This document shows positions 51,345 through 64,000 of a stretch of 64,000 bases of DNA, one piece after another. The first letter of the stretch is position 1, and every line of letters begins with the position of its first letter. This DNA is from Malacoraja senta (Eukaryota): assembly GCA_038087875.1 (NCBI GenBank), contig CM075988.1:16432001-16496000 (forward strand). The letters are read 5' to 3'. The translations under genes and the position numbers were made by a program. Under the pieces are notes generated by a model. That model was given only the letters and a program-made list of their open reading frames with translations. It made no database searches and was not told where the DNA came from.

Positions 51345-51891
51345 ATACCCAGTTTAGCCTTTGTGTGACGTCAGAGCACTGCAACATAGCTGAATCTTAA
51401 TGACCTAAAATGGCCTGGCGTGGCTTGTAGTTCAGGGGAGATTATGGGCAGGCAATAAATCCTGTCCTTACCAGTAGCATCTGCATCTCGGAAAATAATA
51501 AATCCCAGAAGTATCTACATTGTTGAGAGTTGGTTTCTGTTGAAGGCTTACTGAGAGTCAATGTGTCAATGTGAAAAACAACAGCCACATATCTGCACAA
51601 ATGCAGACAGCCTGCATCCAAATGGGTGCATTATAAGTGATGTATCGTGTGCATTTTATATTACGTGATAAAATGTTGTTTTGGGAGGTTACGCTCATAA
51701 CTGTAACCATAGTGATACAAGTTAATGATAAATACTCGGAAGCATTGCCTCAGAGCAAGTACGTTTGGAAAACTGTTTATGTCAAGTTCTGTACTCATCA
51801 AGGTGAGGGATGTTAATGCTGGGGGCTGAAACACTTCCTGTCATTTCTACCCAATGTCAGTGGGCCAGCGGTACGGAGGATAACTCAGAAA

Positions 51892-52185
51892 GGGTGGCAC
51901 GGTGACGCAGTGGTAGAGTTGCTGTCTTACAGCGCCAGAGACCTGGGTTTGATCCTGACTACGGGTGCTGTCTGTATGGAGTTTGTACGTTCTCCCCGTG
52001 ACCTGCGTGGGTTTTCTCCCACACTCCGAAGACGTACAGGTTTGTAGGTTAATTGACTTTGGTAAGAATTGTAAATTGTCCCTAGTGCGTATGGGATAGT
52101 GTTGGTGTGCGGGGATCGGTGGTCGGTGCGGACTCGTTGGGCCGAAGGGCTTGTTTCCGCGCTGTATCTCTAAACTAAGCTAAAC
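51892..52185 (+). mobile_element. V-SINE
   Basis: Same family as 56321; other plus-strand copies at about 9315, 21160, 28541, 33517, 34966 and 36611. Confidence 0.87.
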
Positions 52186-53038
52186 TCTCCACGCTGTTCT
52201 ATCAATCCCTGGAAGGGTAAATAAGGCACAGCTTACAAAGTAAACTCAATGTTCCACTCGACTCTCTGAGGGTAGATATAGCACTGGTTGGAGTAATGTT
52301 CCCTCAACACAGTCGGTCAAACATACCCATGGCAAGTGCAGCACAACTTAGGTATGGAACATCTTGGTCCCATCAAATCTTTCCACATAAGACAGAAGAC
52401 GGTCTTGATCATGAGTAAGTCTCCCTGGATCATCCCAGGGCAGTTATAATATGGGTTACATGGTTTAAGGTCCCTCCACACTATCCCATCAAGCACGCCA
52501 AGGGCAGGCAGAAAATGGGTTGGAAACTGAGCCAACTTCCTCTGTCCCATCAAACTGCAACAAGTGCAGCTTAGAATCAACATGAAAATCCCTTCCAACT
52601 TTCCCATTTAAATCCCAAATTCTGCTTATCTTGCCTCAACAACATGTAACAACGCACACACAAGAGACGGGTTTATGGAAAAAGACACAAAGTGCTGGAG
52701 TAACTCAATGGGTTAGATAACACCTCTAGCCGACATGAGTAGGTGATGTTTTGAGTTGGAACCCTTCTTCAGACATTGCAGTCGGGGGAGAAAGCGCTGG
52801 AACAAAACGCTCTTCACTGTACTTAAGTATATGTGACAATAATAAACTAAACTGATATTGCAATCTAGCAAGCTCCAGGAATAAGACCTGCAGTTAGTAC
52901 TCTGTTAAGCCGCGGTACTTTTCCCAGTAGTTTAACATGGACTAGCGGAAGGTGGATTGGAAGTGGAATTCATTGTGGGCTCTGCCCCGAGCGCTAAGGC
53001 CAGGGAGTGGTGAGTGGCGCAGGCCTAGCACTGCTTAC

Positions 53039-53344
53039 CAGCTCGATGGGCGATGGGCACGGCAACGTTCTTCCCTCGGTCGACGTCCTGGGGCTGTGGG
53101 GGCGATGCGGTGAACCGGCAGATGCCAGCCTCTGAGGGCGTGCTCATGGACGTCATGCTGTCAGCGTTATCGTTGGTGCCAGTGGTCATCTGGTCCGAGG
53201 AGCTGTCCGAAATGAAGCACTCGGTGATCTCAAACTTGGCGTGTTGCAGCTGCTCTTCCAGCTTGGCGTGCTCGTAGGCTCGCGCCAACTCCTCGTAGGT
53301 GGAGGAAGCACTCTCCGTGGAAACCATGCTGTTCCGGCCTTTGT
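53039..53344 (-). CDS. DSCAML1: DSCAML1 penultimate coding exon
   Basis: AAG acceptor, GTAAGC donor; [57 protein letters not shown]...VAVPIAHRA; 306 nt, phase 1-1. Confidence 0.95.
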
Positions 53345-55276
53345 CTTGAAAGGAAAAGCAATAGGATGGAAGAAGGTTGTAAGCAAAATAATGGAATCAG
53401 ATACATAACATTGCTTATCATCAGAGATCATGATCAACATGAGCCGCCATTTTCTTTAATCACCATGGATTGGTACAACCGGAATGAGCATTTGAAACAT
53501 ATTCAATGATGATTTTATCAAAATGTGCTGGAGAAGTTTGAAAAGGGGAGAAACGTTGTCGGCCCACAGACAGCAGTTTAGGGTAAGTGAAGGGTGGAAT
53601 GGGTACAATTAGAACATAGAAATGTACAGCACAGGAACAGGCCCTTTGGCCAACAATGTCAGTACTGAACATGACGCCAACTGAAACTAATTCCATCTGC
53701 TTGCACATGACCGGTATCCCGCCATTCCCTGCGTATTCATACACCTATCTAAAAGCCTCTTAAACGGCACAATCGTATCTGCCTCCACCATCACCCCTGG
53801 CAGCGTTTCAGACACCTGTGTAAAACGGTGTAAAAAAACATGCCCCGCACATCTCCTTTAAACTTTGCTCCTCTCACCTTAAAGCTTTGCCGTCTGATCT
53901 TTGACATTACCATTCTGGGGAAAAAGGGGTTCTGACTGTCGACACTATCTATGCCTCTATAACATTCTATCAGGTCTCCCGCAACCTCCAGCATTCAAGA
54001 GAAAGCAATTCGAGTTTGGACGGCTCTTACAAAAGACACAGTGGGAAGAGTGGGCTGTAGGGTCCCGTGAGAATGAGAGTGTGTCTCCCATCACTCAGAC
54101 TAAGGCCGTTGCTGTAGTCTACATTTCAAAATTCAGCAGTAATTATGTCAGTGGAGCTACGGAGTCCAAACTGTGGCCATCTGCACACTAAACTGAGATC
54201 CCATTTCCACCGTTAGAATTCCTCAAATAAGTTCCAGGAGAAATCAGATAAACACTTGAAAAATAAAAGTTGTAAATGGTGTATGATACGAGCTGGGGAT
54301 TAGAGGAGAAAGCTCCTGTACTGCAGAAATCTCCACAATACATTATTTATATTTGCAGAATAAATCCTTGTGGAAGATATCTTTCCTTTAAAAGCATAAA
54401 GGATATCTTGTCGGATTTAATTGAGGAATAATAAGTAAATCCCAAACCCTATGCACTTCAGCCACCGTGCAAGTTGTTAGTCACAAAGCAACAAGGGTGT
54501 TTCTCAGCAAGAATACTGCTGATGAATGTAGAAACAAAGAACTGCAGATGGTGGTTTATACCAGAGATGGACACAGAATGCTGGTATAACTCAGCGGTTC
54601 AGGCAGCATCTCTGGAGAAAAAGGATGGGTGATGTTTTGGGTCGGCTTCTGAAGAAGGGTTCCAACCCAAAATGTCATCTCCAGAGATGCTGCCTGACCC
54701 GCTGAGTTATGCCAGCATTTTGTGTCTGTCTACTCCTGGTGAATTTTTGAACACAGGTTTAGTGAGCTCAGGGCTAGAATTGAGTGCAGCACGTGTGAAA
54801 GGGATTGTGGATCGAATTGCACCATCATTCTAGTTTTGGTACCTCCCTCAAAACATTCTGGAAGGAGTGAACCATCCCTCAGGCACCAGCAGGCCTTGTA
54901 GGAGGGCCCATTGCTGAAAGTAAGAGGCAATGGGGAGGGTGGTGACGATGATGATCACTTGACCAAGCCAGGTTACCCTTGTTCTCACTACATCAAGTTT
55001 CAAAAGCACAGATTTTTTAATTAGTTTAGTTTAGTTTGGAGATACAGCGTGGAAACAGGCCCTTCGGCCCACCGAGTCCACGCCGACCAGCGATCCCCAC
55101 ACACCTACATTATCCGACAATACAAGGGACAATTTACATTTATAGAAACCCAATTAACCCACAAACCTGTACGTGGAAGGAAACCGAAGATCTTGGAGAA
55201 AGGTCACGTGGAGAACGTACAAACTCCGTACATAGTCGGGATGGAACCTGGGTCTCTGGCGCTGAAAGCGCTGTAA

Positions 55277-55574
55277 AGGGCCTGTCCCACCGTACGAGCT
55301 AATTCAAGAGTTCTCCCGAGTTTCCCCTGATTCGAACTCGGAGAATTACAGCAATAGCCGCTCGTAGGTACTCGGGGCTCTCGTGGACATTTTTCAACGT
55401 TGAAAAATCTTCACGAGTCTTCACGAGTACCTGTCGTTAGCATTTACGAGCTGCTAAGAGACGCCCCGAGCTCCGACGTACCCGCTACGTACATTCTACG
55501 TGCTTACCACGAGTTTGATTTTTTTTTTTACTCGGGAGAGCTCTTGAATTACCTCGTACAGTGGGACAGCCCCT
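55277..55574. mobile_element. Harbinger-type MITE inserted into a V-SINE
   Basis: TAA TSD; splits the SINE sequence GCGCTGTAA|GTCAGCAACTC. Confidence 0.9.
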
Positions 55575-56320
55575 TAAGTCAGCAACTCTAACGCTGCGCC
55601 ACCGGTCCGCCCTAATTATTTATTTTGCCGCCCTTTAATGTTAAAGAAATCACAGAGGTGATCATTGGTGGTAAGGCCAGCTTTTATTGGTCATCCACAC
55701 TTGCTCTTAACATGCTGATGGCCAGCCATCGACTTGACCCACCACTGTCCACGTGACCAAGTGTGTTGGTCAGGAGGAAGCTCCGGGACGTAAATATATT
55801 GACAACCATAACGACAGCAAATATTTACAAGTCAGCATGGTGCATGTTTTGGAGATGGTGGAGCTTCTGGACGTGTGTACCCCTGGACTTCTTGGTGGCT
55901 GAGGTTGTGGGTTTGGGAAGTGCTGGTGGCCTGGCCTGGATGTACAACGGCATACAGATGGTTCACACTGCAACCATGGTGGGGGTGGTAGTGGACAGAG
56001 TGATAGTTGGAAGGGTGGATGGGGTGTCCAGTGGTACACTTACCAGTGAATTACTCGGCGAATGAGCTGTCGGAGGTGGTAGTTGAGGCAACAAAAGCTT
56101 TTCACTGTACCTCGGGTACACGTGACAATAAACTAAACTGAACTAGTTGAGGCAGGTACAATCGCAACGTTTAATTTTTTTTTACACAGGTACATGGATA
56201 GGACAGGTTTAGAGGGATATGAGTCAAACGCAGGCAGGAGGGGCTAATGTAGATGGGAAATATTAGCCAGTGAGGGCAGGTTGGGCTGAGGGGCCTGTTT
56301 CCACGCTGTAAGACTAGCTA

Positions 56321-56647
56321 GGGTGGCACGGTGGCGCAGCAGTAGAGTTGCTGCCTTACAGCGAATGCAGCGCCAGAGACCCGGGTTCAATCCCGACTAC
56401 AGGTACTGTCTGGACGGAGTTTGTACGTTCTCCTCGTGACCTGCGTGGGTTTTCTCTGAGATCTTCGGTTTCCTCCCACACTACAAAGACGTACAGGTAT
56501 GTTGGTTAATTGGCTTGGTAAATGTAAAAAAATTGTCCCTAGTGAGTATAGAATAGTGTTAATGTGCGGGGATCGCTGGTCGGCACAGACACGGTGGGCC
56601 GAAAGGGCCTATTTCCGCGCTGTATCTCTAAACTAAACTAAACTAAA
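56321..56647 (+). mobile_element. tRNA-derived V-SINE (HE1-like), full length
   Basis: A/B boxes (GGTGGCGCAG, GGTTCAATCC), V-domain GGAGTTTGTACGTTCTCC...GGTTTCCTCCCA, CR1-like 3' part, (CTAAA)n tail. Confidence 0.88.
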
Positions 56648-56714
56648 GACTCTATGACTTACATCTGGCAATAAATACAGTATAACTTTCAAAATCTTTG
56701 CGGTACAAATCCTT

Positions 56715-58131
56715 AAGAAAGACGGCAGAGAGAAAACAGGGAATTATAGACCAGTTAGCCTGACATCGGTGGTGGGGAAGATGCTGGAGTCAATTATAAA
56801 AGATGAGATAGCCGAACATTTGGATAGCAATAACAGGATCGGTCCGAGTCAGCATGGATTTACAAAGGGGAAATCATGCTTGATTAATCTTCTGGAATTT
56901 TTTGAAGATGTAACTAGGAAAATGGACAAGGGAGAGCCAGTGGATGTAGTGTACCTGACTTTCAGAAAGCATCTGATAAGGTCCCACATAGGAGATTAGT
57001 GGGCAAAATTAGGGCACATGGTATTGGGGGTAGAGTGCTGATATGGATAGAGAAGTGGTTGGCAGACAGGAAACAAAGAGTAGGGATTAACGGGTCCCTT
57101 TCAGAATGGCAGGCAGTGACTAGTGGGGTACCGCAAGGCTCGGTGCTGGGACCGCAGCTATTTACAATATACATCGATGATTTGGATGAAGGGATTCAAA
57201 GTAACATTAGCAAATTTGCAGATGACACAAAGCTGGGTGGCAGTGTGAACTGTGAGGAGGATGCTATGAGAATGCAGGGTGACTTGGACAGGTTGGGGGA
57301 GTGGGCAGATGCATGGCAGATGAAGTTTAATGCGGATAAATGTGAGGTTATATCCACTTTGGTAGCAAAAACAGGAAGGCAGATTACTATCTAAATGGCG
57401 TCAAGTTGGGAAAAGGGGAAGTACAACGGGATCTGGGGGTCCTTGTACATCAGTCTATGAAAGTAAGCATGCAGGTACAGCACGCAGTGAAGAAAGCGAA
57501 TGGCATGTTGGCCTTTATAACAAGAGCAATCAAATAGAGGAGCAAAGAGGTCCTTCTGCACTTGTACAGAGCCCTGGTGAGACCACACCTGGAGTATTGT
57601 GTGCAGTTTTGGTCCCCTAATTTGAGGAAGGACATTCTTGCTATTGAGGGAGTGCAGCGTAAGTTTACAAGGTTAATTCCCGGGATGGCGGGACTGTCAT
57701 ATGCTGAGAGAATGGAGCAGCTGGGCTTGTACACTCTGGTGTTTAGAAGGATGAGAGGCTATCTCATTGAAACATATAAGATTGTTAAGGGTTTGGACAC
57801 ACTAGAGGCAGGAAACATGTTCCCGATGTTGGGGGAGTCCAGAACCAGGGGCCACAGTTTGAGAATAAGGAGTAAGCCATTTAGAACGGAGACGAGGAAA
57901 CACTTTTTCTCACAGAGAGTGGTGAGTCTGTGGAATTCTCTGCCTCAGAGGGCGGTGGAGGCAGGTTCTCTGGATGCTTCCAAGAGAGAGCTAGATAGGG
58001 CTCTTAAAAATAGCGGAGTCAGGGGATATGGGGAGAAGGCAGGAACGGGGTACTGATTGGGGATGATCAGCCATGATCACATTGAATGGCTCGAAGGGCC
58101 GAATGGCCTACTCCTGCACCTATTGTCTATT
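56715..58131 (+). mobile_element. CR1 LINE, 5'-truncated, RT to 3' UTR
   Basis: NYRPVSLTSVVGK, QHGFTKGKSC, SGVPQGSVLGP, KFADDTK and LVRPHLEYCVQFWSP motifs; few frameshifts or stops; (CTATTGT) tail. Confidence 0.95.
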
Positions 58132-58184
58132 GGTACATCCAAGAAAGGGCGGCTTGATCGGACCCTCTGCTGCCCCCCTCTTAC

Positions 58185-58379
58185 CGGTGTCCTGTGAGAG
58201 GCTGGCGCTGTAGCTGTCACTTTCTGTCGCGGTTATTCCATGCTGTGACCCCACAGTTCTCCAGTCAGAGGTCAGGGTTCGGGCAGGGGTGGAGGCCTGA
58301 CATTTGGTCAGGGTCCACTGGCTGGAGTACCTGTTCCTCGTACTGTGGGCCGATTTAACGCTCTTCCTGGCGACTGGAT
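58185..58379 (-). CDS. DSCAML1: DSCAML1 coding exon (not in ORF track)
   Basis: CAG acceptor, GTAAGA donor; NPVARKSVKSAHSTRNRYSSQWTLTKCQASTPARTLTSDWRTVGSQHGITATESDSYSASLSQDT; 195 nt, phase 1-1. Confidence 0.93.
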
Positions 58380-58892
58380 CTGGTGGTAAGCAAAACCAAG
58401 AGACTTTATAGCGTCATCGGGCCTGGCTCCATTCGGCCCAGTGAATTCCTGGCAAACATCAAGTGACTATATTAATCACTTTCTTTCCCTCCCCAGTTCC
58501 CCCCACACCCTCCCCCCCCCCCCCCCCCAGATTCCATCACTCAGCTCAATGCTACGGGTAGCTTACAGTGGCCAATTAACTATCCTCTGCCACTATTTTG
58601 GGATGCGAGACAAAACCGGAGTATGTGAGGGAAACACAGGGGGTCACAGGGAGAAGATGCAAACTCTGTATACAGAGCATTGGAAGGCAGGATGGAACCT
58701 GGGTCTCTGGTGTTGTGAGGCAGCTGCTCTATCAGCTGTGCCACCGGGCTGCCCAAACTGTGTTGGCAAAGGTGTTCTTGTCTCTTCATCACATAACCTT
58801 CTACACCTTCCATGGTTAGCTCCCCCCAGTGTTTAGAAACCAGCAGTGCAGATCACTGACATTTTTCAGCATAGAAAGACCCACATACTTAC

Positions 58893-59045
58893 TCGTGCCT
58901 GGGCGGATGTCCGACATGTCGATCAGCGGCCCTGTGTTCTGGACCAAGGCTGGGTGATGGAGGGACACGCCGGTGCAGAAACTCTGGGGGTTGACCGATT
59001 CATTGAACTCGGAGTCGGTCACTGGGATGGTGGCCTTGTCGTCCC
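58893..59045 (-). CDS. DSCAML1: DSCAML1 coding exon
   Basis: CAG acceptor, GTAAGT donor; GDDKATIPVTDSEFNESVNPQSFCTGVSLHHPALVQNTGPLIDMSDIRPGT; 153 nt, phase 1-1. Confidence 0.94.
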
Positions 59046-60139
59046 CTGCAGCAGAATGCAGAGCAAGAGGGTGAGGAACACTGGCACAGACAGGGAACGG
59101 CCCACACACAGGGATGTTTGGCCGTGAGGGAAACCGTGGCCTTTCTTGGCTTAGTCAATAAGCCTGAGTAAAGTTGTCTCAAGCACACTGTCTGGTGAAG
59201 GTCAAAGAGCAAGAGGTACCATAGAACAAAATGTTAGGTGAGGGTTTATTATTGTCGCGTGTAGCGAGGTGCAGTGAAAAGCTTTGTTTTACACGCTATT
59301 GAAACAGATTAGATAATAAATAGAATCAAGTCAAACTCAAGTACAATAGGCAGAGCAAAGCGGAAGATACAGAGTGCAGAATATAGTTCCGTGAGACCAC
59401 AAGACATAGGAGAAGAATTAGGCCATTCGGCCCATCGTTTACTCAAGCATTCAATCAAGGCTGCTCTATTTTTCCCTCTCAACCCCATTCTCCCATCTTC
59501 TCCCCGCACCCTTTGACAACCTTATACAATTGTTCTCAGCACTGTAAGACATCAATTCCATAGACATAAGTCCAATGTCCGCAAATTAATCTGAGAAACG
59601 CCAATAATATCACTTTTCTTACAGTTGAAGCAGATTGAGAATTTATTTTCGCCTGTAGATATTCTAGTCAATGCATCAAAACATGGTCTCAGATCCATCA
59701 ACCAAGAATGTGAGATTGAATTTCGATTGGGACCAGTAAAACCCTCTAATATTCAGTCCTTGACCAGAAAGGTTTAAGAAAGAACTGGTTGCTGGAAAAA
59801 TCAAAGGTAGACAAAAATGCTGGAGAAACTCAGCGGATAAGGCAGCATCTATGGACCCTTCTTCTTCGAGCCGAAACGTCACCTGTTCCTTCGCTCCATA
59901 GATGCTGCCTCACGGGCACTGAGTTTCTCCAGCATTTTTGTCTACCTTTGACCAGAAAGGTGCTTCTCTCTCTCATAGATCTGCTGATTTTGAACAGATA
60001 GAATCCAAATCTTTTCTTTCTCTTGTTTCTGTTTATGCGGCAGGTTACACTATAAGCTGCACTTTGGTAGTTTTCTCTTTGTTCCACCTGTTGTACGTGT
60101 ATGGTTTAATTATATTCATGTGTAGCATTGTTTTGTTTA

Positions 60140-60540
60140 CAAAGCCCTTAACGGGCTCGCCCCCACCCACATCAAAAATCTGTTTTCCCACCATACCACT
60201 TCCAGGTCCCTCAGAATGGCCGACTTGGGGTTACTGACCATCCCGCGGTCTAGGCATAAGCTCAGGGGCGACCGCACTTTTGCGGTTGCAGCACCTAGAC
60301 TATGGAACAGCATCCCTCTTCCCATCAGAACTGCCCCCTCCATCAACTCTTTTAAATCTAGACTTAAAACTTATTGCTACTCTCAAGCCTTTCTTGATGT
60401 CCTCTGAGGGAGAGCTGTATGTATTTAGTATGTATTGTTGATCTGTGTACCACTGTTTGTAGCAAGTTAGTACCTGCACTAATGTAAAGCACTTTGGTCA
60501 ACGAGAGTTGTTTTTACATGTGCTATAGAAATAATATTTG
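60140..60540 (+). mobile_element. L2 LINE 3' end
   Basis: LLTIPRSRHKLRGDRTFAVAAPRLWNSIPLPIRTAPSINSFKSRLKT; TGTAAAGCACTTTG 3' motif. Confidence 0.85.
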
Positions 60541-60712
60541 ACTGATTGACTGACTGATTATCTAATTTAATTGGATAGTATGCAAAAAGAAAGCATTTCA
60601 ATGTATCTGGGTACTCGTGACAATAATAAACTAAACCAAATGATAGAGGCAAGGCACTGAATGTGGGTGGTTCACATACTTGATTTTGCCCTTTCAACAG
60701 GATAGGCCATTA

Positions 60713-61220
60713 AGGGGCTGTCCCACTTGGGCGACCTAATTGGCGAGTTTAGAAGAGTGAAAAAATGACATGTTGAAGACCTCCTTCGACTATGTTGAAG
60801 ACCAGCTTCGACTAGCTATGACTAACTTCGGGAATATTGGACACCGAATAGTGGAGTGTGAAGACGACCTCCTTCGATCTCCTTCGACCTCCCTTAGACC
60901 TCCCTTCGACTATGATGAAGACTATCTACGACCACCTTCGACTACCCTCGATTACCTACGACTAACATGCCGACCTACTACGACCTACTACGACTAAACC
61001 TACGAGTAAAAAAAGTAGCGATTTTTTCCATGGTGACCTTTTTTTATTCACGGGCATTTTTTAACATATTGAAAAAACCGCTGCGACCCAGCTGAGCCCT
61101 TGAGTACGCGGAGACCACTCTCGAGCATGAAGGAGAGTTACGAAGACCTCCTACGACCTCGTCTCGAGTATGAGTCGAGGGCAAACTCAACAGAACCGCA
61201 GATTAGGTGGGACAGGCCCT
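60713..61220. mobile_element. Harbinger-type MITE with internal (CGAC/CTAC)-rich repeats
   Basis: TTA TSD; TIR AGGGGCTGTCCCAC/GTGGGACAGGCCCT. Confidence 0.87.
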
Positions 61221-61261
61221 TTAGACACAGATGGGCTCATTTTGGACTACAGGCTCTGCAA

Positions 61262-61510
61262 TGGGGATCGGCCATTCATCACGACGCAGGCCATTCGTAG
61301 AGCACTCAACAAGGAGTGGGCTAATTCAACAAAGATTAGGCTAATCCGCGGGAGTAGGTTATTCAACATGAGTTGGCTACACAACAGGAGCAGCGCATTC
61401 AACAAGAATGGGACAGGCAACAGGAGTTGGTCATTCATCAGGATCGGGCCTTTAAACAAATGCAAGCCACTCAGTAAGGCGTAGGCCATTCGACGGGAGT
61501 AGGCCAGCCA
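61262..61510 (+). repeat. Degenerate tandem array of about 18-bp units
   Basis: Recurring consensus close to AACAGGAGTAGGCCATTC. Confidence 0.65.
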
Positions 61511-61873
61511 GCAGGGGAGGAGAGTTTAGAACTAGAGGGCACAACCTTACGGTGAGAATAGAGAAATTTATAAGAGTTTTTTTCCACCCAGAGGATGGTG
61601 TAGGAGGAGTGGGGTGGGGGTGGGGGGGGGGGTGGGGAGGGGGGCCTTGCCGATATAATTACACCATCTAAAGCTGGTACTAAGTAAGGACAGGCATAGA
61701 AGAATATGAGCCTGTGTGCTGAGTTACTCCAGTACTTCATTCTTGTTTAAAACTGTAAACCATCATCTGCAGTTCCTTGTTTCTATATCTCTATTGCTGT
61801 TGTGTACAGCTACTACTCAGGCTTTGTCATGGATTTTGAATGAGGGGGCACTCAGGCCCTCTGAAGCACCTAC

Positions 61874-61992
61874 CCAGTTGTTTGATTCCCTCTTTGTCCT
61901 CTATGAGTAATTGGACTCTGGGGATATCGATATGAAGTCGGGGTCCCTGTGGCTGCCCTTTCACCGGAGTGTCGAAGCTACGGTTGTTCTTA
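61874..61992 (-). CDS. DSCAML1: DSCAML1 coding exon (cytoplasmic domain)
   Basis: Polypyrimidine/CAG acceptor and GTAGGT donor; encodes KNNRSFDTPVKGQPQGPRLHIDIPRVQLLIEDKEGIKQL, matching the recalled DSCAML1 tail; phase 2 to 1. Confidence 0.93.
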
Positions 61993-62974
61993 CTGCAAGA
62001 AAACAAGAGAATCGGGAGTCTTGTATTGTCATGCATCCCACAACAGAACAATGAAATTCTTACTTTCATTGCCTTTTCAGTTTACTGCAATTCTTACAAC
62101 AGATATGCCAACATAGTACCCTGCAAATACCATCACGAGCAACAAAAAGAAGTTCACTATATATTAAAATAATCAAACAATAATTGTGCAAAGGCAAAAA
62201 TAATGCCCGTCAAGTCTATGTAGTTCAGAGCTTGGATGGAGGTTGTGGTGGCCTGACAGTTCCGTAATTTGTGTTTCAGAAAAATGACTCGGATTAAATG
62301 TTTTTGTTCAGTTTGACACTTTACTTTGATGTTTTATGAAATAAAATTTGACAGATTTCAAGTTAGATATTTGGAAAGTAATAGAATCTTAAAGAACACG
62401 GAGCAATAACTAATAAACTAATAAAGACATTGCAGATCATAAAATCGATCTATGGAATCGAGCAATGGGCAATAAACTCCAAACGTACCAGCAATGTCCA
62501 CAACATTGAGAATGAGGCTCTTTTTTTAATAAAAGGACACAGAACCCTGAATTAAACAAATCTCAGGTACAAGGCAAATGCCTTGCGGCAGACACTAAAT
62601 TGTCGGTCTGTAAGCGCCCTACACGTGGCGACTATTTGCATACCTTGGCTAGCAAAGAATTTCACTGCGACTTGTCAGTTCTATTCAGGGTATCGGAGCA
62701 GCAAATACAGTCTGGTTTTGGAAATAAGGATCGGGTAATGTTCCTGGCAAGACATTTTCTGTGCTTCTACTGTGGCCACAACAGTTTGTCACTATATTTA
62801 TTTCCAGGGTTTACGATTCTCCATGTTATTGGAAGTGACTGAATTGCAAACAGTATCTGTGCACTCTGCATCACTGTGGATACTATTGTGCCTGTTAGCT
62901 AGTAATGTGTAAGGTGAGCTTCAAACTCAGGATCACAGGTCTGCAGTTCTTTTAGAAGGATTAATTTTTTAGAA

Positions 62975-63341
62975 GAATTTGTAAGGATGAGAGGGGATCT
63001 AATATAAAATTCTTAAGGGATTGGACAGGCTAGATGCAGGAGAAACGTTCCCGATGTTGGGGGAGTCCAGAACCAGGGATCACAGTGTAAGAATAAGGGA
63101 TAGGCCATTTAGGACTGAGATGAGGAAAAACGTTTTCACCCAGAGTTGTGAATCTATGGAATTCTCTGCCACAGAAGGCAGTGGAGGCCAATTCACTGGA
63201 TGTTTTCAAGAGAGAGTTAGATATAGCTCTTTGGGCTAATAGAATCAAAGGATATGAGGGGAAAGCAGGAACGTGGTGCTAATTTGGGATGATCAGCCAT
63301 GATCAAATTGAATGGTGGTGCCAGCTCGAAGGGCTGAATGG
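62975..63341 (+). mobile_element. CR1 LINE 3' end in the opposite orientation
   Basis: RMRGDL...LGESRTR...WNSLP plus 3' UTR GATCAGCCATGATC. Confidence 0.9.
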
Positions 63342-64000
63342 CCAGTCCCACCATCCCAGGAATTAACCTGGTGAACCTACGCTGCACTCCCTCAATAGCA
63401 ATAATGTCCTTCCTCAAATTAGGAGACCAAAATTGCACACAATATTCCAGGTGCGGTCTCACCAGGGCCCTGTACAACTGCAGTAGGACCTCCTTGCTCC
63501 TAAACTCAAATCCTCTCGCAATGAAGGCCAACATGCCATTAGCTTTCTTCACTGCCTGCTGTACCTGCAAGCTTACTTTCAGTGACTGATGTACAAGCAC
63601 ACCCAGGTCTCGTTGCACCTCCCCTTTTCCTAATCTGACACCATTCAGATAATAATCTGCCTTCCTGTTCTTGCCACCAAAGTGGATAACCTCACATTTA
63701 TCCACATTATACTGCATCTGCTATATGCATCTGCCCACTCACCTAACCTATCCAAGTCACCCTGCAGCCTCATAGCATCCTCATCGCAGCTCACACTGCC
63801 ACCCAGCTGTGTGTCATCCACAAACTTGGAGATGTCACATTTAATCCCCTCATCTAAATCTTTAATATATATTGTAAATAACTGAGGTCCCAGCACTGGG
63901 CCTTGCGGCCTGCCATTCTGAAAAGGACCGGTTAATTCCTACTCTTTGCTTCCTGTCTGCCAATCAGTTCTCTATCCAGGTCAATACCCTACCCCCAAAA
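63342..64000 (-). mobile_element. CR1 LINE RT fragment
   Basis: LGPQLFTIYI, KFVDDT and LVRPHLEYCVQFWSP motifs; runs off the window edge. Confidence 0.93.

Noticed and set aside
51892..51965. tRNA gene
   Set aside because: The A/B boxes belong to the tRNA-derived head of a V-SINE, and no proper cloverleaf is evident
60770..61010. CRISPR-like or coding repeat
   Set aside because: Eukaryotic context; these are irregular subterminal repeats within a Harbinger MITE, with no repeat-spacer structure

Overview
Vertebrate genomic DNA, most likely from a cartilaginous fish (skate/ray); this is inferred from the repeat landscape of HE1-like V-SINEs, CR1 LINEs and Penelope-like elements with hammerhead motifs. 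The right third holds the last five coding exons and 3' UTR of DSCAML1 on the minus strand. Converging on it from the plus strand is a small candidate multi-exon gene that the ORF track misses. It has a signal-peptide exon (19130), two internal exons (23109, 30015) and a terminal exon encoding a PCP4/PEP-19-like IQ motif (37347). This mirrors the PCP4-DSCAM tail-to-tail arrangement and suggests an extra PCP4 ohnologue and/or a small secreted peptide precursor. The rest is mostly transposon-derived: a near-intact Passport-like Tc1 nested in a decayed R2-like retroelement, eleven PIF/Harbinger elements sharing one TIR (one with a transposase remnant), Penelope-derived palindromes carrying minimal hammerhead ribozyme motifs, solo LTRs, CR1/L2/Rex1 fragments and many SINEs. 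All family assignments are from recalled motifs; no database search was run.
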